Part shown: in pieces, positions 19,257 to 28,738 of the stretch
Layout: each line of letters begins with the position of its first letter
Position numbering within the stretch: position 1 is the first letter of the stretch
Virus record (IMG/VR): IMGVR_UViG_3300005083_000004
Source: an uncultured virus (IMG/VR IMGVR_UViG_3300005083_000004)
Taxonomy: Duplodnaviria > Heunggongvirae > Uroviricota > Caudoviricetes
Direction: 5' to 3' (one strand)
DNA length: 56,450 nucleotides
Program-made: the position numbers and the translations under genes
The notes under the pieces: generated by a model
Databases searched by the model: none
Seen by the model: only the letters and a program-made list of their open reading frames with translations
What the model was told of the DNA's origin: nothing

Positions 19257-21230
19257 ATGACACAATTTCAACAAAATTATATGAATCGAATGGTTGAAAC
19301 AATTAAAAGAATCAACCCACAATACAATGATGAACAAATAATAAAAGTGGTAAATCGATTAATTAAATCACAAGGTCAAAATCCTGTTGCGATTTTACAA
19401 TCTGATATAAGAGAAGATATTACAAGTAATCTATTAGATGTATTTGAATATATTGATAATAAAAGACCGATTGTTAGTGGAAATGGTGTATTATTTAAAC
19501 GACATGATCAAGAATTAGCTCCAACAGTAACAATGATGATTGATTTAAAAAATCGACGAAAATTTGAGAAAAAAGAAATGTTCAAATATTCTCCAGATTC
19601 GCCAGAATATCGAATGTGGAATCAAAGACAACTTAATACAAAAGCAAACAATTTAAATGCTTTTTATGGAATATTAGCTGTAAAAAGTTGTGCGATATTT
19701 AATGAATATTGCCCAGGAGCAGTTACTGCAACTGCTAGATTATTAATATCGACAACGCTCAATACATGTGAAGGATTAATTGGTAATAATGTAACAATAT
19801 TTCATATCAATGATTTATTTGATTATTTAAATTGCATCATTCGAAATCATAAAGATGATAATATTGATGATATCCCAATTCCAAGTGATGATGATATTAT
19901 ATATAGATTATCAAAATCTTTTTATAATTATACTCCAGGGATTAAAGATATCATTGAAAAGTTTATTAAAAATTTAAATAGACATGATAAAACTTTTATA
20001 GGATATGCAAATAATTTAAATGAATTTTTAAATCTTCCAATTTGTCGAGAAAAAATTTTATCTATATTTGAAAAACTTCCACATGATTTAGATTTTAACA
20101 ATATTGATATTGATAAATGGAAGAAATATAATCCAAATAAAAAAATGGAATCTATTAAAGATTATCGAAAAATGGTTGCAACTCAACTTTTCTATGATCC
20201 ATATAATATTCCCGATTGTATTAAAAAAGAAATTTCAGATTTAACTAATTTAGTTGAAAAATATGTATTTGTAAAACATCTTGTATGCGATGCTGAAGCA
20301 CGAGCTTTAGCATTACAACGAAATTGTGTTGTTGTTATGGATACAGATTCAAATATGTTATATTGTGCAGAATATAAAGAATTAATTAATAATATGATTA
20401 ATAAAGATTATGGTCGAACGTCAAAAGATAATAATGTCATTGCGATTAATATACTAATGTCTATTGTATCTAAATTAATAGATAAAATTGTCAGATATGC
20501 ATTAGAATTAAAGAATGTTAGTCCAGAATATCAATTGCATATGACATTTAAGAATGAATTTTATTATGGGAAAATGTTGATATCAAATGTTAAAAAAAGA
20601 TATACAGGTAATATTATAGTCAGAGAAGGAAATTATTTAGATAAATATAAAGTTGATATGAAAGGATTTGATTTTAAAAAGAGTAATGTCCCTGTTAGTG
20701 TTGAACAGAGATTCATGAAAATAATTAAAGAAAAAATATTTGAATCTGATGATATTAATAATATGGATCAAAATATCATTGATGAAGTTCAAAAATTTGA
20801 AAAAGAAATTGTCGATTCAATCAAAAATGGCGATAAATCATATTATAAATTATCTACTTTTAAAGAGGCCGATGCTTTTAAATTTCCAGAACGTATGCCA
20901 CAATGGAATGGAAGTATGTTATGGAATATGAAATATCCAGATAAAAAAATAGAGCCAATGGATAAAATTTATATTGTTAATATTAATCCATCTAAATTGG
21001 AGATTCCTAAAGAGTATACATCTGATAAACGCAATGTAATTTGTATACCAAGTACATGTAAAGATATTCCATTAGAGATATTAAACGCAGTTGATGCGGA
21101 TATGATAGCTGCTGGATTAATTTCAACATTTGGAAGTATACTTGATATATTTGGAATTGTTCGATACAAATATAAATCATCAGATAAGTCTAGGAAATAT
21201 GAAAAAGTTACAAATATTATCGAAATTTAA
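19257..21230 (+). CDS. Family B DNA polymerase, fingers/palm/thumb subunit of a split phiKZ-type polymerase
   Basis: SGNGVLF, motif B QLNTKANNLNAFYG, motif C VVVMDTDS, KNEF, KKRY, KGFDFKKS. No exonuclease domain or canonical motif A visible. Confidence 0.85.
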   Translation: MTQFQQNYMNRMVETIKRINPQYNDEQIIKVVNRLIKSQGQNPVAILQSDIREDITSNLLDVFEYIDNKRPIVSGNGVLFKRHDQELAPTVTMMIDLKNRRKFEKKEMFKYSPDSPEYRMWNQRQLNTKANNLNAFYGILAVKSCAIFNEYCPGAVTATARLLISTTLNTCEGLIGNNVTIFHINDLFDYLNCIIRNHKDDNIDDIPIPSDDDIIYRLSKSFYNYTPGIKDIIEKFIKNLNRHDKTFIGYANNLNEFLNLPICREKILSIFEKLPHDLDFNNIDIDKWKKYNPNKKMESIKDYRKMVATQLFYDPYNIPDCIKKEISDLTNLVEKYVFVKHLVCDAEARALALQRNCVVVMDTDSNMLYCAEYKELINNMINKDYGRTSKDNNVIAINILMSIVSKLIDKIVRYALELKNVSPEYQLHMTFKNEFYYGKMLISNVKKRYTGNIIVREGNYLDKYKVDMKGFDFKKSNVPVSVEQRFMKIIKEKIFESDDINNMDQNIIDEVQKFEKEIVDSIKNGDKSYYKLSTFKEADAFKFPERMPQWNGSMLWNMKYPDKKIEPMDKIYIVNINPSKLEIPKEYTSDKRNVICIPSTCKDIPLEILNAVDADMIAAGLISTFGSILDIFGIVRYKYKSSDKSRKYEKVTNIIEI

Positions 21231-21249
21231 AATTGGAGGTAAATTAAAA

Positions 21250-21624
21250 ATGGTAAAACGTATTAATCTAGGGAAATGTGAAAAATGTGAACATGATATT
21301 AGTATAGCGCGTTCAACATTAATATATCGGGAGTTAAACTCTCTTCCAATGAATATGTGTTCACATTGTTTATATTCAGAAACAAGAAAACGAGTGATGA
21401 AAGAAAATCCTGAAATATTAAAAAAAATGATTGCAGGATTAAGTTCAGATCATGTAAAAGAAATAAGAAGTCGTTTAGCTAAACAACAATGGAAAAAGAA
21501 TTATGATGTAATGTATAATGGAATAAAATCGTCATGGGCTCCTAATGGTAAAAGAAGAAATAATATTAAAAATAAAAATAATAAATTAGAATATTTGGAT
21601 GAAATTAAACAAGAAATGACATAG
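21250..21624 (+). CDS. Zn-ribbon basic protein, paralogue of the N-terminus of the 6934 endonuclease
   Basis: True start ATG 21250 after GGAGGT; CEKC...CSHC with the same spacing as CEHC...CSDC, followed by Trp-containing helices. Confidence 0.65.
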   Translation: MVKRINLGKCEKCEHDISIARSTLIYRELNSLPMNMCSHCLYSETRKRVMKENPEILKKMIAGLSSDHVKEIRSRLAKQQWKKNYDVMYNGIKSSWAPNGKRRNNIKNKNNKLEYLDEIKQEMT

Positions 21625-21639
21625 AGAAAAGGAGTGATA

Positions 21640-22242
21640 ATGAATATATCAACTATTGAACAATTATTATCTAATCCTGATGTTCGACAAAAAATTGTTG
21701 ACAATAATGAAAAAACATATATAAGATCCATATTATCAAATGATATTATTCATTTAAATAATATCCCAAACGAATCAATTTTTGTATCATTGATTAAATT
21801 ATTTATAAATAATTTAAATACATCATATTTACATCTATTCGAATTTTATAATATTAAACTAGAAAATATAAATAAATTACAATCAATTTTTAATAAATTA
21901 AAAAATAATTTATTTATTAATAATGAAGATTTTACAACAATCCAAAATATTTTTAATTTTGATATAAAATTAAAAATATCTGGATTAGATGATATCGATG
22001 AGGATGATCATCCATTTAATAGTGAATATTTGAAATATATTATTCAAGAATATATTAAAAAGTATAATATTGATATACAATCATTATATTCTGATAAAAA
22101 GTATATTGCATATAATTATTTGAATTTATTTAAAAATAATAAAGAATTATCACCATATTTATTTGAACAAATATCAAATTATATTAATATGAAATTCAAA
22201 TGTGATATAATATATAATGATCAAATAATCACTATATTATGA
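21640..22242 (+). CDS. Hypothetical protein
   Basis: About 200 aa, N/I-rich, AAGGAG SD before ATG 21640. Confidence 0.6.
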   Translation: MNISTIEQLLSNPDVRQKIVDNNEKTYIRSILSNDIIHLNNIPNESIFVSLIKLFINNLNTSYLHLFEFYNIKLENINKLQSIFNKLKNNLFINNEDFTTIQNIFNFDIKLKISGLDDIDEDDHPFNSEYLKYIIQEYIKKYNIDIQSLYSDKKYIAYNYLNLFKNNKELSPYLFEQISNYINMKFKCDIIYNDQIITIL

Positions 22243-22254
22243 TTATAACCCCCA

Positions 22255-22270
22255 AAAACTTCTAAAATAA
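22255..22270 (+). promoter_or_regulatory. Putative late promoter AAAAC-N8-TAA
   Basis: AAAACTTCTAAAATAA upstream of the prohead protease. Confidence 0.5.
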
Positions 22271-22303
22271 ATATAGTATTGATATTGGAGAAAATCTGGC
22301 ATT

Positions 22304-23143
22304 ATGAAAGATAATAAAATATATGCATATATCTCTGAGCAAACATCATATCCAGAAGATTATGATATGAGATATAAAATTCATAATAATAAGGAACTTG
22401 GAATTTTATATGTAACATTTAAAGCAGTTCTACAATCGTTTGATGTAATGAATAGAAATAAAAGAATGTATCATATAGAAAATGTATTTAAACATTTTTC
22501 AACTGATGAACGATTAAAAGAATTACTTCGGATGAATAAATTAACTTCTGAACTAGGTCATCCAATTCCATCAAAAACAAATGAGCAATTTTCATTAAAT
22601 CGATTAATGGAAGTTCCAAAGAATCGATCAGCTGCTATAATTAAACGACCAAGAATTGAAGGAAATTTATTAGTTGCTGATATTCAGACTGATCCAGGAA
22701 CTCAGGATTTTGGAGTTAATATTGCAAAAAATATTATTTCAAGTGGATATATACCAGCATTTTCATTAAGATCTTTTGGTGAACTTCAAAATGAGAATGG
22801 TAAACCATATGTAGATGTAAAAACATTAATAACATACGATATGGTTGAATATCCATCACATAAAGAAGCATATGCAGATATTGTTCCTGTATATAATGAA
22901 TCAGTTAATAGTAATCAATATGATACAATAGTATATTTTGCAGATTTAGCTAAATATGCATATGATCAAACTCAACAAAATATTTTATGTGAATCATTTG
23001 GTATATCTAAAGATGATTTTATTGGAGTAACTTCATCTGGAAATAATATTGTAGCAAAACAAAATAAAAATTTATATTTCGTAAATACAACTAAAATAAA
23101 TTTCGAAATACGCGATTATTTAAAACAATTAAAAAAGAGGTAA
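22304..23143 (+). CDS. Prohead core protease (T4 gp21-like)
   Basis: NRNKRMY, ELGHP (catalytic His), FSLRSFG (catalytic Ser), LITYDMV.YPSH..AY. Confidence 0.88.
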   Translation: MKDNKIYAYISEQTSYPEDYDMRYKIHNNKELGILYVTFKAVLQSFDVMNRNKRMYHIENVFKHFSTDERLKELLRMNKLTSELGHPIPSKTNEQFSLNRLMEVPKNRSAAIIKRPRIEGNLLVADIQTDPGTQDFGVNIAKNIISSGYIPAFSLRSFGELQNENGKPYVDVKTLITYDMVEYPSHKEAYADIVPVYNESVNSNQYDTIVYFADLAKYAYDQTQQNILCESFGISKDDFIGVTSSGNNIVAKQNKNLYFVNTTKINFEIRDYLKQLKKR

Positions 23144-23152
23144 AAATAATTT

Positions 23153-23464
23153 ATGAATAATTTAGTTATATCAGAAATAAAAATTAAACCAGTAAATCAT
23201 CCAAATAATAAAAATCATAAAGCGGATGTATCAATAGTACTTAATGATTGTCTCGTGATAAGATCGATTGCAATAATTGAAACATCTGAAAAAAGATTTA
23301 TTGGATTTCCATCATATTTATCTAAAAAAAATAATACGTTTGTGAGTCTAGTAAACCCAATAACATCTGAATGTCGTAACTGGTTCGAAAAATTTATTTT
23401 CGAAAAATATGATGAACTAATTACATTGACCGATAATTATGATAAGGAGAATAATTATGCGTAA
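23153..23464 (+). CDS. spoVG: SpoVG-family nucleic-acid-binding protein
   Basis: ISEIKI...KADVSIVLNDCLVIRSIAII...FIGFPS...F.SLVNPITSECR...IFEKY follows the SpoVG consensus. Confidence 0.85.
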   Translation: MNNLVISEIKIKPVNHPNNKNHKADVSIVLNDCLVIRSIAIIETSEKRFIGFPSYLSKKNNTFVSLVNPITSECRNWFEKFIFEKYDELITLTDNYDKENNYA

Positions 23465-24005
23465 TACAACAGTAATAGATATACCACATATTGATCATAA
23501 ACTTGAAAAGATGATTAAGAGTTTTAAAGATAAATTTAAGATCGAACAAACTGATATAGATCAAATTACCGAAATGACTAATTTTTATGATAAAGATATC
23601 ATATATTTTAATAAAGTATATGATGTAAATCATGCATATTCAAAATTCGTAACAATGATCAGCGAAAGTTTAGATTATCATATACCTCTTGATGATAATC
23701 AAATTATACAAGCATTTGAAGCTTTTATTGCAGATCCTGATAATTGGTCAAAAACTCTATTATCATATAATGGGACTCAACGTTTTTTAGAAAATACAAT
23801 TAAAAATATAGATCAATCAACAACAAATATTAAAAAGATAAAAGAATCATTTCCTAATAAATTTGAAACATATTATAGGATATTTGAAAAATTTATTAAT
23901 GTATATGCTGATTATTCAATTAAAAATATGGAAATTATACGAAATGAATATAAAACACGAGATAAATTTTTAAATAAAAAGAAAGTTGAATATTTTTGTA
24001 TATGA
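23457..24005 (+). CDS. Hypothetical protein
   Basis: Start at ATG 23457 after AAGGAGA; overlaps the spoVG stop. Confidence 0.65.
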   Translation: MRNTTVIDIPHIDHKLEKMIKSFKDKFKIEQTDIDQITEMTNFYDKDIIYFNKVYDVNHAYSKFVTMISESLDYHIPLDDNQIIQAFEAFIADPDNWSKTLLSYNGTQRFLENTIKNIDQSTTNIKKIKESFPNKFETYYRIFEKFINVYADYSIKNMEIIRNEYKTRDKFLNKKKVEYFCI

Positions 24006-24012
24006 CAATGAT

Positions 24013-24047
24013 AAAAAAATTCAGGGATTTTTCCTGAATTTTTTTTT
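24013..24047. terminator. Intrinsic terminator
   Basis: AAAAAAATTCAGG-gatttt-CCTGAATTTTTTT hairpin with a T run. Confidence 0.75.
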
Positions 24048-24061
24048 CTTAATTTTTGAAT

Positions 24062-24071
24062 TATATATTAT
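24062..24071 (+). promoter_or_regulatory. Putative early promoter motif TATATATTAT
   Basis: Heads the 24121-27194 operon that includes CTP synthase. Confidence 0.55.
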
Positions 24072-24120
24072 TAATGAGAATATATATATATTCATGAAAA
24101 AATATTTTAAGGAGAAATAC

Positions 24121-24498
24121 ATGAAAAATCAAAATGATATCCTGGAAGCCATTCTTGGCCAGGTACAGAAACAAAACAATTATAACTCTACGCATAGTAA
24201 GATTGCTGATCAACTAACCAATACTATTGACTATGATAATGATATAGCATCATTAAAATGCATATCAAAAAAGAGATCAATAAAAGCAATAATGAAAAAT
24301 AAAGTGCTCAATAGAAAAAAATATAATAAATGGTATAAAAAAGATGATAAGTTATTGTCATCATCGATAAAAGAATATTTTATTAGTGATGGAATTAAAA
24401 ATAAAAAAGCTAAAAAATTAGCTAAGAATGCTAGTAAGAGAATATTAAAAAGCTTTTATCAAAACCCTGATAAGAAAAGAAATAGAAACAGAATTTAA
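24121..24498 (+). CDS. Hypothetical highly basic protein
   Basis: True start ATG 24121 after AAGGAG; K/R-rich C-terminal half. Confidence 0.65.
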   Translation: MKNQNDILEAILGQVQKQNNYNSTHSKIADQLTNTIDYDNDIASLKCISKKRSIKAIMKNKVLNRKKYNKWYKKDDKLLSSSIKEYFISDGIKNKKAKKLAKNASKRILKSFYQNPDKKRNRNRI

Positions 24499-24522
24499 TT
24501 TCTGTATAAAGGAGATTTTATA

Positions 24523-25377
24523 ATGATTAAGAATAATATTTTAAATGATAGAATATTTAGACGAACTCATTTTAATGAACTGACAATATATGATGATGAT
24601 TATAGAAAGTTAACAGATAATTTTAAAAATTTATTTAAACTTGATGAGATTTATTCTTATCAAGGAATTGATTATAAGATTATATCAATTCATACTCCTG
24701 ATGAGAATTTTAATAATGCACCAAATGAATGGACATTTGTCACAGAACAAATGTCCGGTAATAAAATTCAAGATGATTGGTTTGTTAAAGATGTCAAAGA
24801 TAAAAAAATAAATTATGATGAACCAAATCATTTATACTTTGCATGTGATCCAGAAAATAAATATCTGGTCAATATTGTTAGTAATGGGAGTCCATATTAT
24901 GATCAAACTTTTTACCAAATGTCAATGTTGTATAATAATCATCCAAATTCAACATTTGTTGAATGTCGATTGGGATTTTCAAAATTATTATATATTGAAA
25001 AAGTTAAAATTAATAAACAATTTAAAAAAATTAATATTGTTATCAAAGATAAAGTAATTCCAGATATTACATCAAATAATTGGATGATCACATTAAATAA
25101 ACCGGGTGAAACTGTTAAAGAAAATCATAATGTTGTTGTTCCAAGATTTGAAACATATACTAATACTACATTAAACAAATTTGATGATTGGAGAATTAGA
25201 GAAGTAAATTCAACTCATGAATTCTATCACAACATCAAAATTGAGTCTCGTGATGATGAAATAAATTCAGAAATTGATGAATGGATGATCTATCCTGCCA
25301 AAGGTATGAATGTTATTAGAAATTTTGAAAATTCAAATGAAATAATAAAAATATGTTATAGTAATTTAGGGAGATAA
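24523..25377 (+). CDS. Hypothetical protein
   Basis: 284 aa, AAGGAG SD. Confidence 0.7.
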   Translation: MIKNNILNDRIFRRTHFNELTIYDDDYRKLTDNFKNLFKLDEIYSYQGIDYKIISIHTPDENFNNAPNEWTFVTEQMSGNKIQDDWFVKDVKDKKINYDEPNHLYFACDPENKYLVNIVSNGSPYYDQTFYQMSMLYNNHPNSTFVECRLGFSKLLYIEKVKINKQFKKINIVIKDKVIPDITSNNWMITLNKPGETVKENHNVVVPRFETYTNTTLNKFDDWRIREVNSTHEFYHNIKIESRDDEINSEIDEWMIYPAKGMNVIRNFENSNEIIKICYSNLGR

Positions 25378-25381
25378 TATC

Positions 25382-27016
25382 ATGCAATATATATTCGTAT
25401 TAGGATCTGGAATATCTGGATTAGGAAAAGGAATTATATGTTCCAATATTGGAAAACTGTTTATTATGAATAATAAAACGGTTAGATATTTGAAATGTGA
25501 TCCGTATCTAAATATTGATCCCGGATTAATGTCACCAAATGAACATGGTGAAGTATTTATAACATGGGATGGTTATGAAGCTGATATGGATTTAGGTCAT
25601 TTCGAACGAATGACGGGACAATTAACAGGAAAAGAATCTAATATCACTTCAGGACAAATATATCTTTTAATGTTAAACAAAGAAAGGAATGGAGATTTTC
25701 TTGGAAAAACTATTAGAGTTCCTGATGATATTCCGATATTGATTAAAGATGAATTTAAACGATTCAAAAATCAATGTGATGTATGTATTATTGAAATCGG
25801 TGGAACTATCGGGGATGAAGAAAATATACCGTTCCTAAAAGCTATCAGTTTATTAGATGATGAATTTGAAATGAATAATTATGAAGATCAACTTACAGTT
25901 TTTCATCTTGGTTTCATGCCAAAAGTCCCAGAAATTGGCAATTATAAAACTCGACTGATCAGTCGAGCAAATGATTATTTAAGTAGATATAATATATATC
26001 CGGATTATATAGGATTAAGATACGATGATATTATTCATGATCATGAACATGTTCATTTAGTAAATATAGATAAAGATTATGTAAGTAAAAAATTAAATAT
26101 TTCAATTGATCAAATAATGTTCAATGGAAACTGTAACATTGAGAATATATATAAATACTTGCCACCAAAATTCTTTAAAGATTATAACTTAAATATTTAT
26201 GATAATGATGATGATAATTGGAACTTTAATAAATATTTAAATATAGTAATTATTGGAAAATATGATGATCCAGATTCATATATATCATTAATTACAAGAG
26301 TATTTAAAAGATGTAATAAAAAGAAATATAATGGTCAGATTCATTATATTAATATTAATGATTATAGTTTTGATGAGTTAGAAGATGAAATTTTACCTTA
26401 TAATGATGGAATAATTATTGCAGGTGGTTTTGGAACTTCAGGAATCGATAAATTAAAAAAGTTAGCTTCATATGCATATACAACAAAATATCCAATTCTT
26501 GGTATTTGTTTAGGAATGCAAATAATGGTAATTTCAGCATTAAACCAATCACATCATGATACATATCATGATGTGTATTATGATAGTGCTGAGTTTGTTG
26601 ATAATAATAATCAAGTTAAAATTATATTTAATAAAATTCAAGAAAGATTAGATCCAATAACCAAAGAAGTATCGGTAGTTCCAAAATCAATGGGTTCATC
26701 GATGAGATTAGGAGATATGCCTACAAAGATTTTATCAGAACATGCAATGTCTATATATAAACAAGATATTGTTAATGAAAGACATCGACATCGTTATGAA
26801 CTTATATACGATGATGAAATCGTCCAATTGTTAAAAGAAGCTAATATCAATGTATCATCAATATGTGAACCATTAAATACAATTGATGGTATTGATTTAG
26901 TTACCGATGATCAATACTTTGTAGGAGTACAATATCATCCAGAATTCTCATTGAATAAAAATAATATCCTTGACGGTTTTATTGAGTTTATATATAGGAG
27001 AAAATATGAATTATAA
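25382..27016 (+). CDS. pyrG: CTP synthase
   Basis: SGLGKGI, DPYLNIDPGLMSPNEHGEVF, DMDLGHFER, EIGGTIGD, GICLGMQ (catalytic Cys), RHRHRYE, QYHPEF. Confidence 0.95.
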   Translation: MQYIFVLGSGISGLGKGIICSNIGKLFIMNNKTVRYLKCDPYLNIDPGLMSPNEHGEVFITWDGYEADMDLGHFERMTGQLTGKESNITSGQIYLLMLNKERNGDFLGKTIRVPDDIPILIKDEFKRFKNQCDVCIIEIGGTIGDEENIPFLKAISLLDDEFEMNNYEDQLTVFHLGFMPKVPEIGNYKTRLISRANDYLSRYNIYPDYIGLRYDDIIHDHEHVHLVNIDKDYVSKKLNISIDQIMFNGNCNIENIYKYLPPKFFKDYNLNIYDNDDDNWNFNKYLNIVIIGKYDDPDSYISLITRVFKRCNKKKYNGQIHYININDYSFDELEDEILPYNDGIIIAGGFGTSGIDKLKKLASYAYTTKYPILGICLGMQIMVISALNQSHHDTYHDVYYDSAEFVDNNNQVKIIFNKIQERLDPITKEVSVVPKSMGSSMRLGDMPTKILSEHAMSIYKQDIVNERHRHRYELIYDDEIVQLLKEANINVSSICEPLNTIDGIDLVTDDQYFVGVQYHPEFSLNKNNILDGFIEFIYRRKYEL

Positions 27017-27194
27017 AATGTTTAGTAAACTCATGACCAATAATAATCAACTAAACAAGATTGTTAATGGATTTAAACTCGATGAATTTTCCAAGTATAT
27101 GGGTTATCGAAATAAATGTATTTCTATAATAGATGAAAAAACATTACGTAAAAGAATTATTGATGCTAATAAGAAATTAAATAAGATCGATTAA
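27006..27194 (+). CDS. Small hypothetical protein
   Basis: ATG 27006 after AGGAG inside the pyrG 3' end; 62 aa. Confidence 0.5.
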   Translation: MNYKMFSKLMTNNNQLNKIVNGFKLDEFSKYMGYRNKCISIIDEKTLRKRIIDANKKLNKID

Positions 27195-27206
27195 ATATGT
27201 AATTTC

Positions 27207-27222
27207 AAAACCTTGATAATAA
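27207..27222 (+). promoter_or_regulatory. Putative late promoter AAAAC-N8-TAA
   Basis: AAAACCTTGATAATAA. Confidence 0.5.
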
Positions 27223-27262
27223 TAAATACGATAAGGTTTATTATACAAGGAGATTTGTTTAA

Positions 27263-28522
27263 ATGAAATCGAACGCTATTATATTTGAAGAATTTAATGT
27301 ATCAAAACTCAATTCTGAAAATTCTATTGAAGGATTTGGTTACTTATCTATTATATGTGATCAATATCTTGATATTGAAGCATCCAATTATTTATTAAAA
27401 AAATCGGATAATATATTTGATACAAGTAAAGCAGATATCACATTGATGATTAAAGATGATATTAAAGAAAAACTTAGTAATCTCGGTGATAAAGATGATA
27501 TTAAATTAGCACTATCTTTATTATGTGATTCATGGATGGAGACATTACCCAATCAAAAAATTGGGTTTCATCAGAATTATGAAATTGCTCGGAAGAAAAT
27601 TAAATTAATTTTAAATACACTTCCGAGCAATTTAAAAGAATTGGTGACATCAGATAAAACCTATAAAAAGATATTAGCATTACCAACATTTATACATCTT
27701 TCAACAATTAATAATATTAAACATGATATATCTTTTATTAAAAAAATGGAACATGTTATAACTCCAGCTAATGAAAGATATATCAGCCAAATATTAAATG
27801 AATTAGAAAAATTAACTGCTGTAGATAATTCATTAGTTAATACAGCATATAATGCAATCATTAAATTGGTTGAAGAATATCTAATTGGTTTGAGAGATAG
27901 AAATGTAATATTGCTTCAAAATGCTAATAAAAAATTATCAGATATTATTATTCCTAATCATGGTAATAGATATTTTAAAGAATTAAAAGATCTTATTCAA
28001 AAGAATATCAATGATAAGTATTCAACTTTAAGGAATAAATTAACTTCCATAGAAGAAAAATTATCAGATGATAATGAAATTAACCCTGATGAAAATATAA
28101 CCACACCGGAAGAGTTAAATAATAATTCTTCAGAAGAATTAAATCAAGATAATCAGAATATTTCAAATGAACAACCTATTGGACAAGAATCCGTATACTA
28201 TGTTATTAGTGAGAATAACATATTTGCAAAAAAGTTAAAAAGATTTGATCCAAGTATTCCAGCATATGTAAAAATTCATGCCGCTAATGCTACTAATCCA
28301 GATGAGTTAATGATGATTATATCATATGGATATAGCAAACTTGAAATGGTAAATTGGTATATTGAGCTAATTGATACAAATAACCCAAATTATGTTGTTC
28401 CAATGAGACGACAAGAGTTGATCAATTTTAAAAATCAATTACAATACATTTTAGATGAAGCGACTAAAAATCCCAAATTCGAACGTCGAACTAACATCAA
28501 TACAAGATATTATGAAATTTAA
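27263..28522 (+). CDS. Hypothetical protein, probably virion (head) associated
   Basis: 419 aa helical protein with an acidic linker ending GQES; late-type motif upstream. Confidence 0.6.
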   Translation: MKSNAIIFEEFNVSKLNSENSIEGFGYLSIICDQYLDIEASNYLLKKSDNIFDTSKADITLMIKDDIKEKLSNLGDKDDIKLALSLLCDSWMETLPNQKIGFHQNYEIARKKIKLILNTLPSNLKELVTSDKTYKKILALPTFIHLSTINNIKHDISFIKKMEHVITPANERYISQILNELEKLTAVDNSLVNTAYNAIIKLVEEYLIGLRDRNVILLQNANKKLSDIIIPNHGNRYFKELKDLIQKNINDKYSTLRNKLTSIEEKLSDDNEINPDENITTPEELNNNSSEELNQDNQNISNEQPIGQESVYYVISENNIFAKKLKRFDPSIPAYVKIHAANATNPDELMMIISYGYSKLEMVNWYIELIDTNNPNYVVPMRRQELINFKNQLQYILDEATKNPKFERRTNINTRYYEI

Positions 28523-28543
28523 TTATACGAGGTAAAATATAAA

Positions 28544-28699
28544 ATGACCAATTTTAAAGAAAAATATAACAGTTTAACTACGTATGATAAAATTATAATG
28601 TTAGATCATAACATTAATATGATTGATATACCTGATAATATAAAGAGACGACAAGAGTTAGTTAATTTCAAAAATCAATATATTTATAATCAATATTAG
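28544..28699 (+). CDS. Unlisted 51-aa ORF, partial duplicate of the upstream gene's C-terminal domain
   Basis: GAGGT SD; MTNFKEKYNSLTTYDKIIMLDHNINMIDIPDNIKRRQELVNFKNQYIYNQY*, versus upstream RRQELINFKNQ. Confidence 0.5.
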   Translation: MTNFKEKYNSLTTYDKIIMLDHNINMIDIPDNIKRRQELVNFKNQYIYNQY

Positions 28700-28738
28700 A
28701 AAATAAAGTATAATACAAATAGGAAAGGTATAATAGAA

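Noticed and set aside
16102..27016. Bacterial chromosome origin of the ftsZ-, spoVG- and pyrG-like genes
   Set aside because: They are divergent, lack cellular gene context, and are interleaved with phage head protease, split PolB and phage RNAP genes using the same promoter and terminator motifs.
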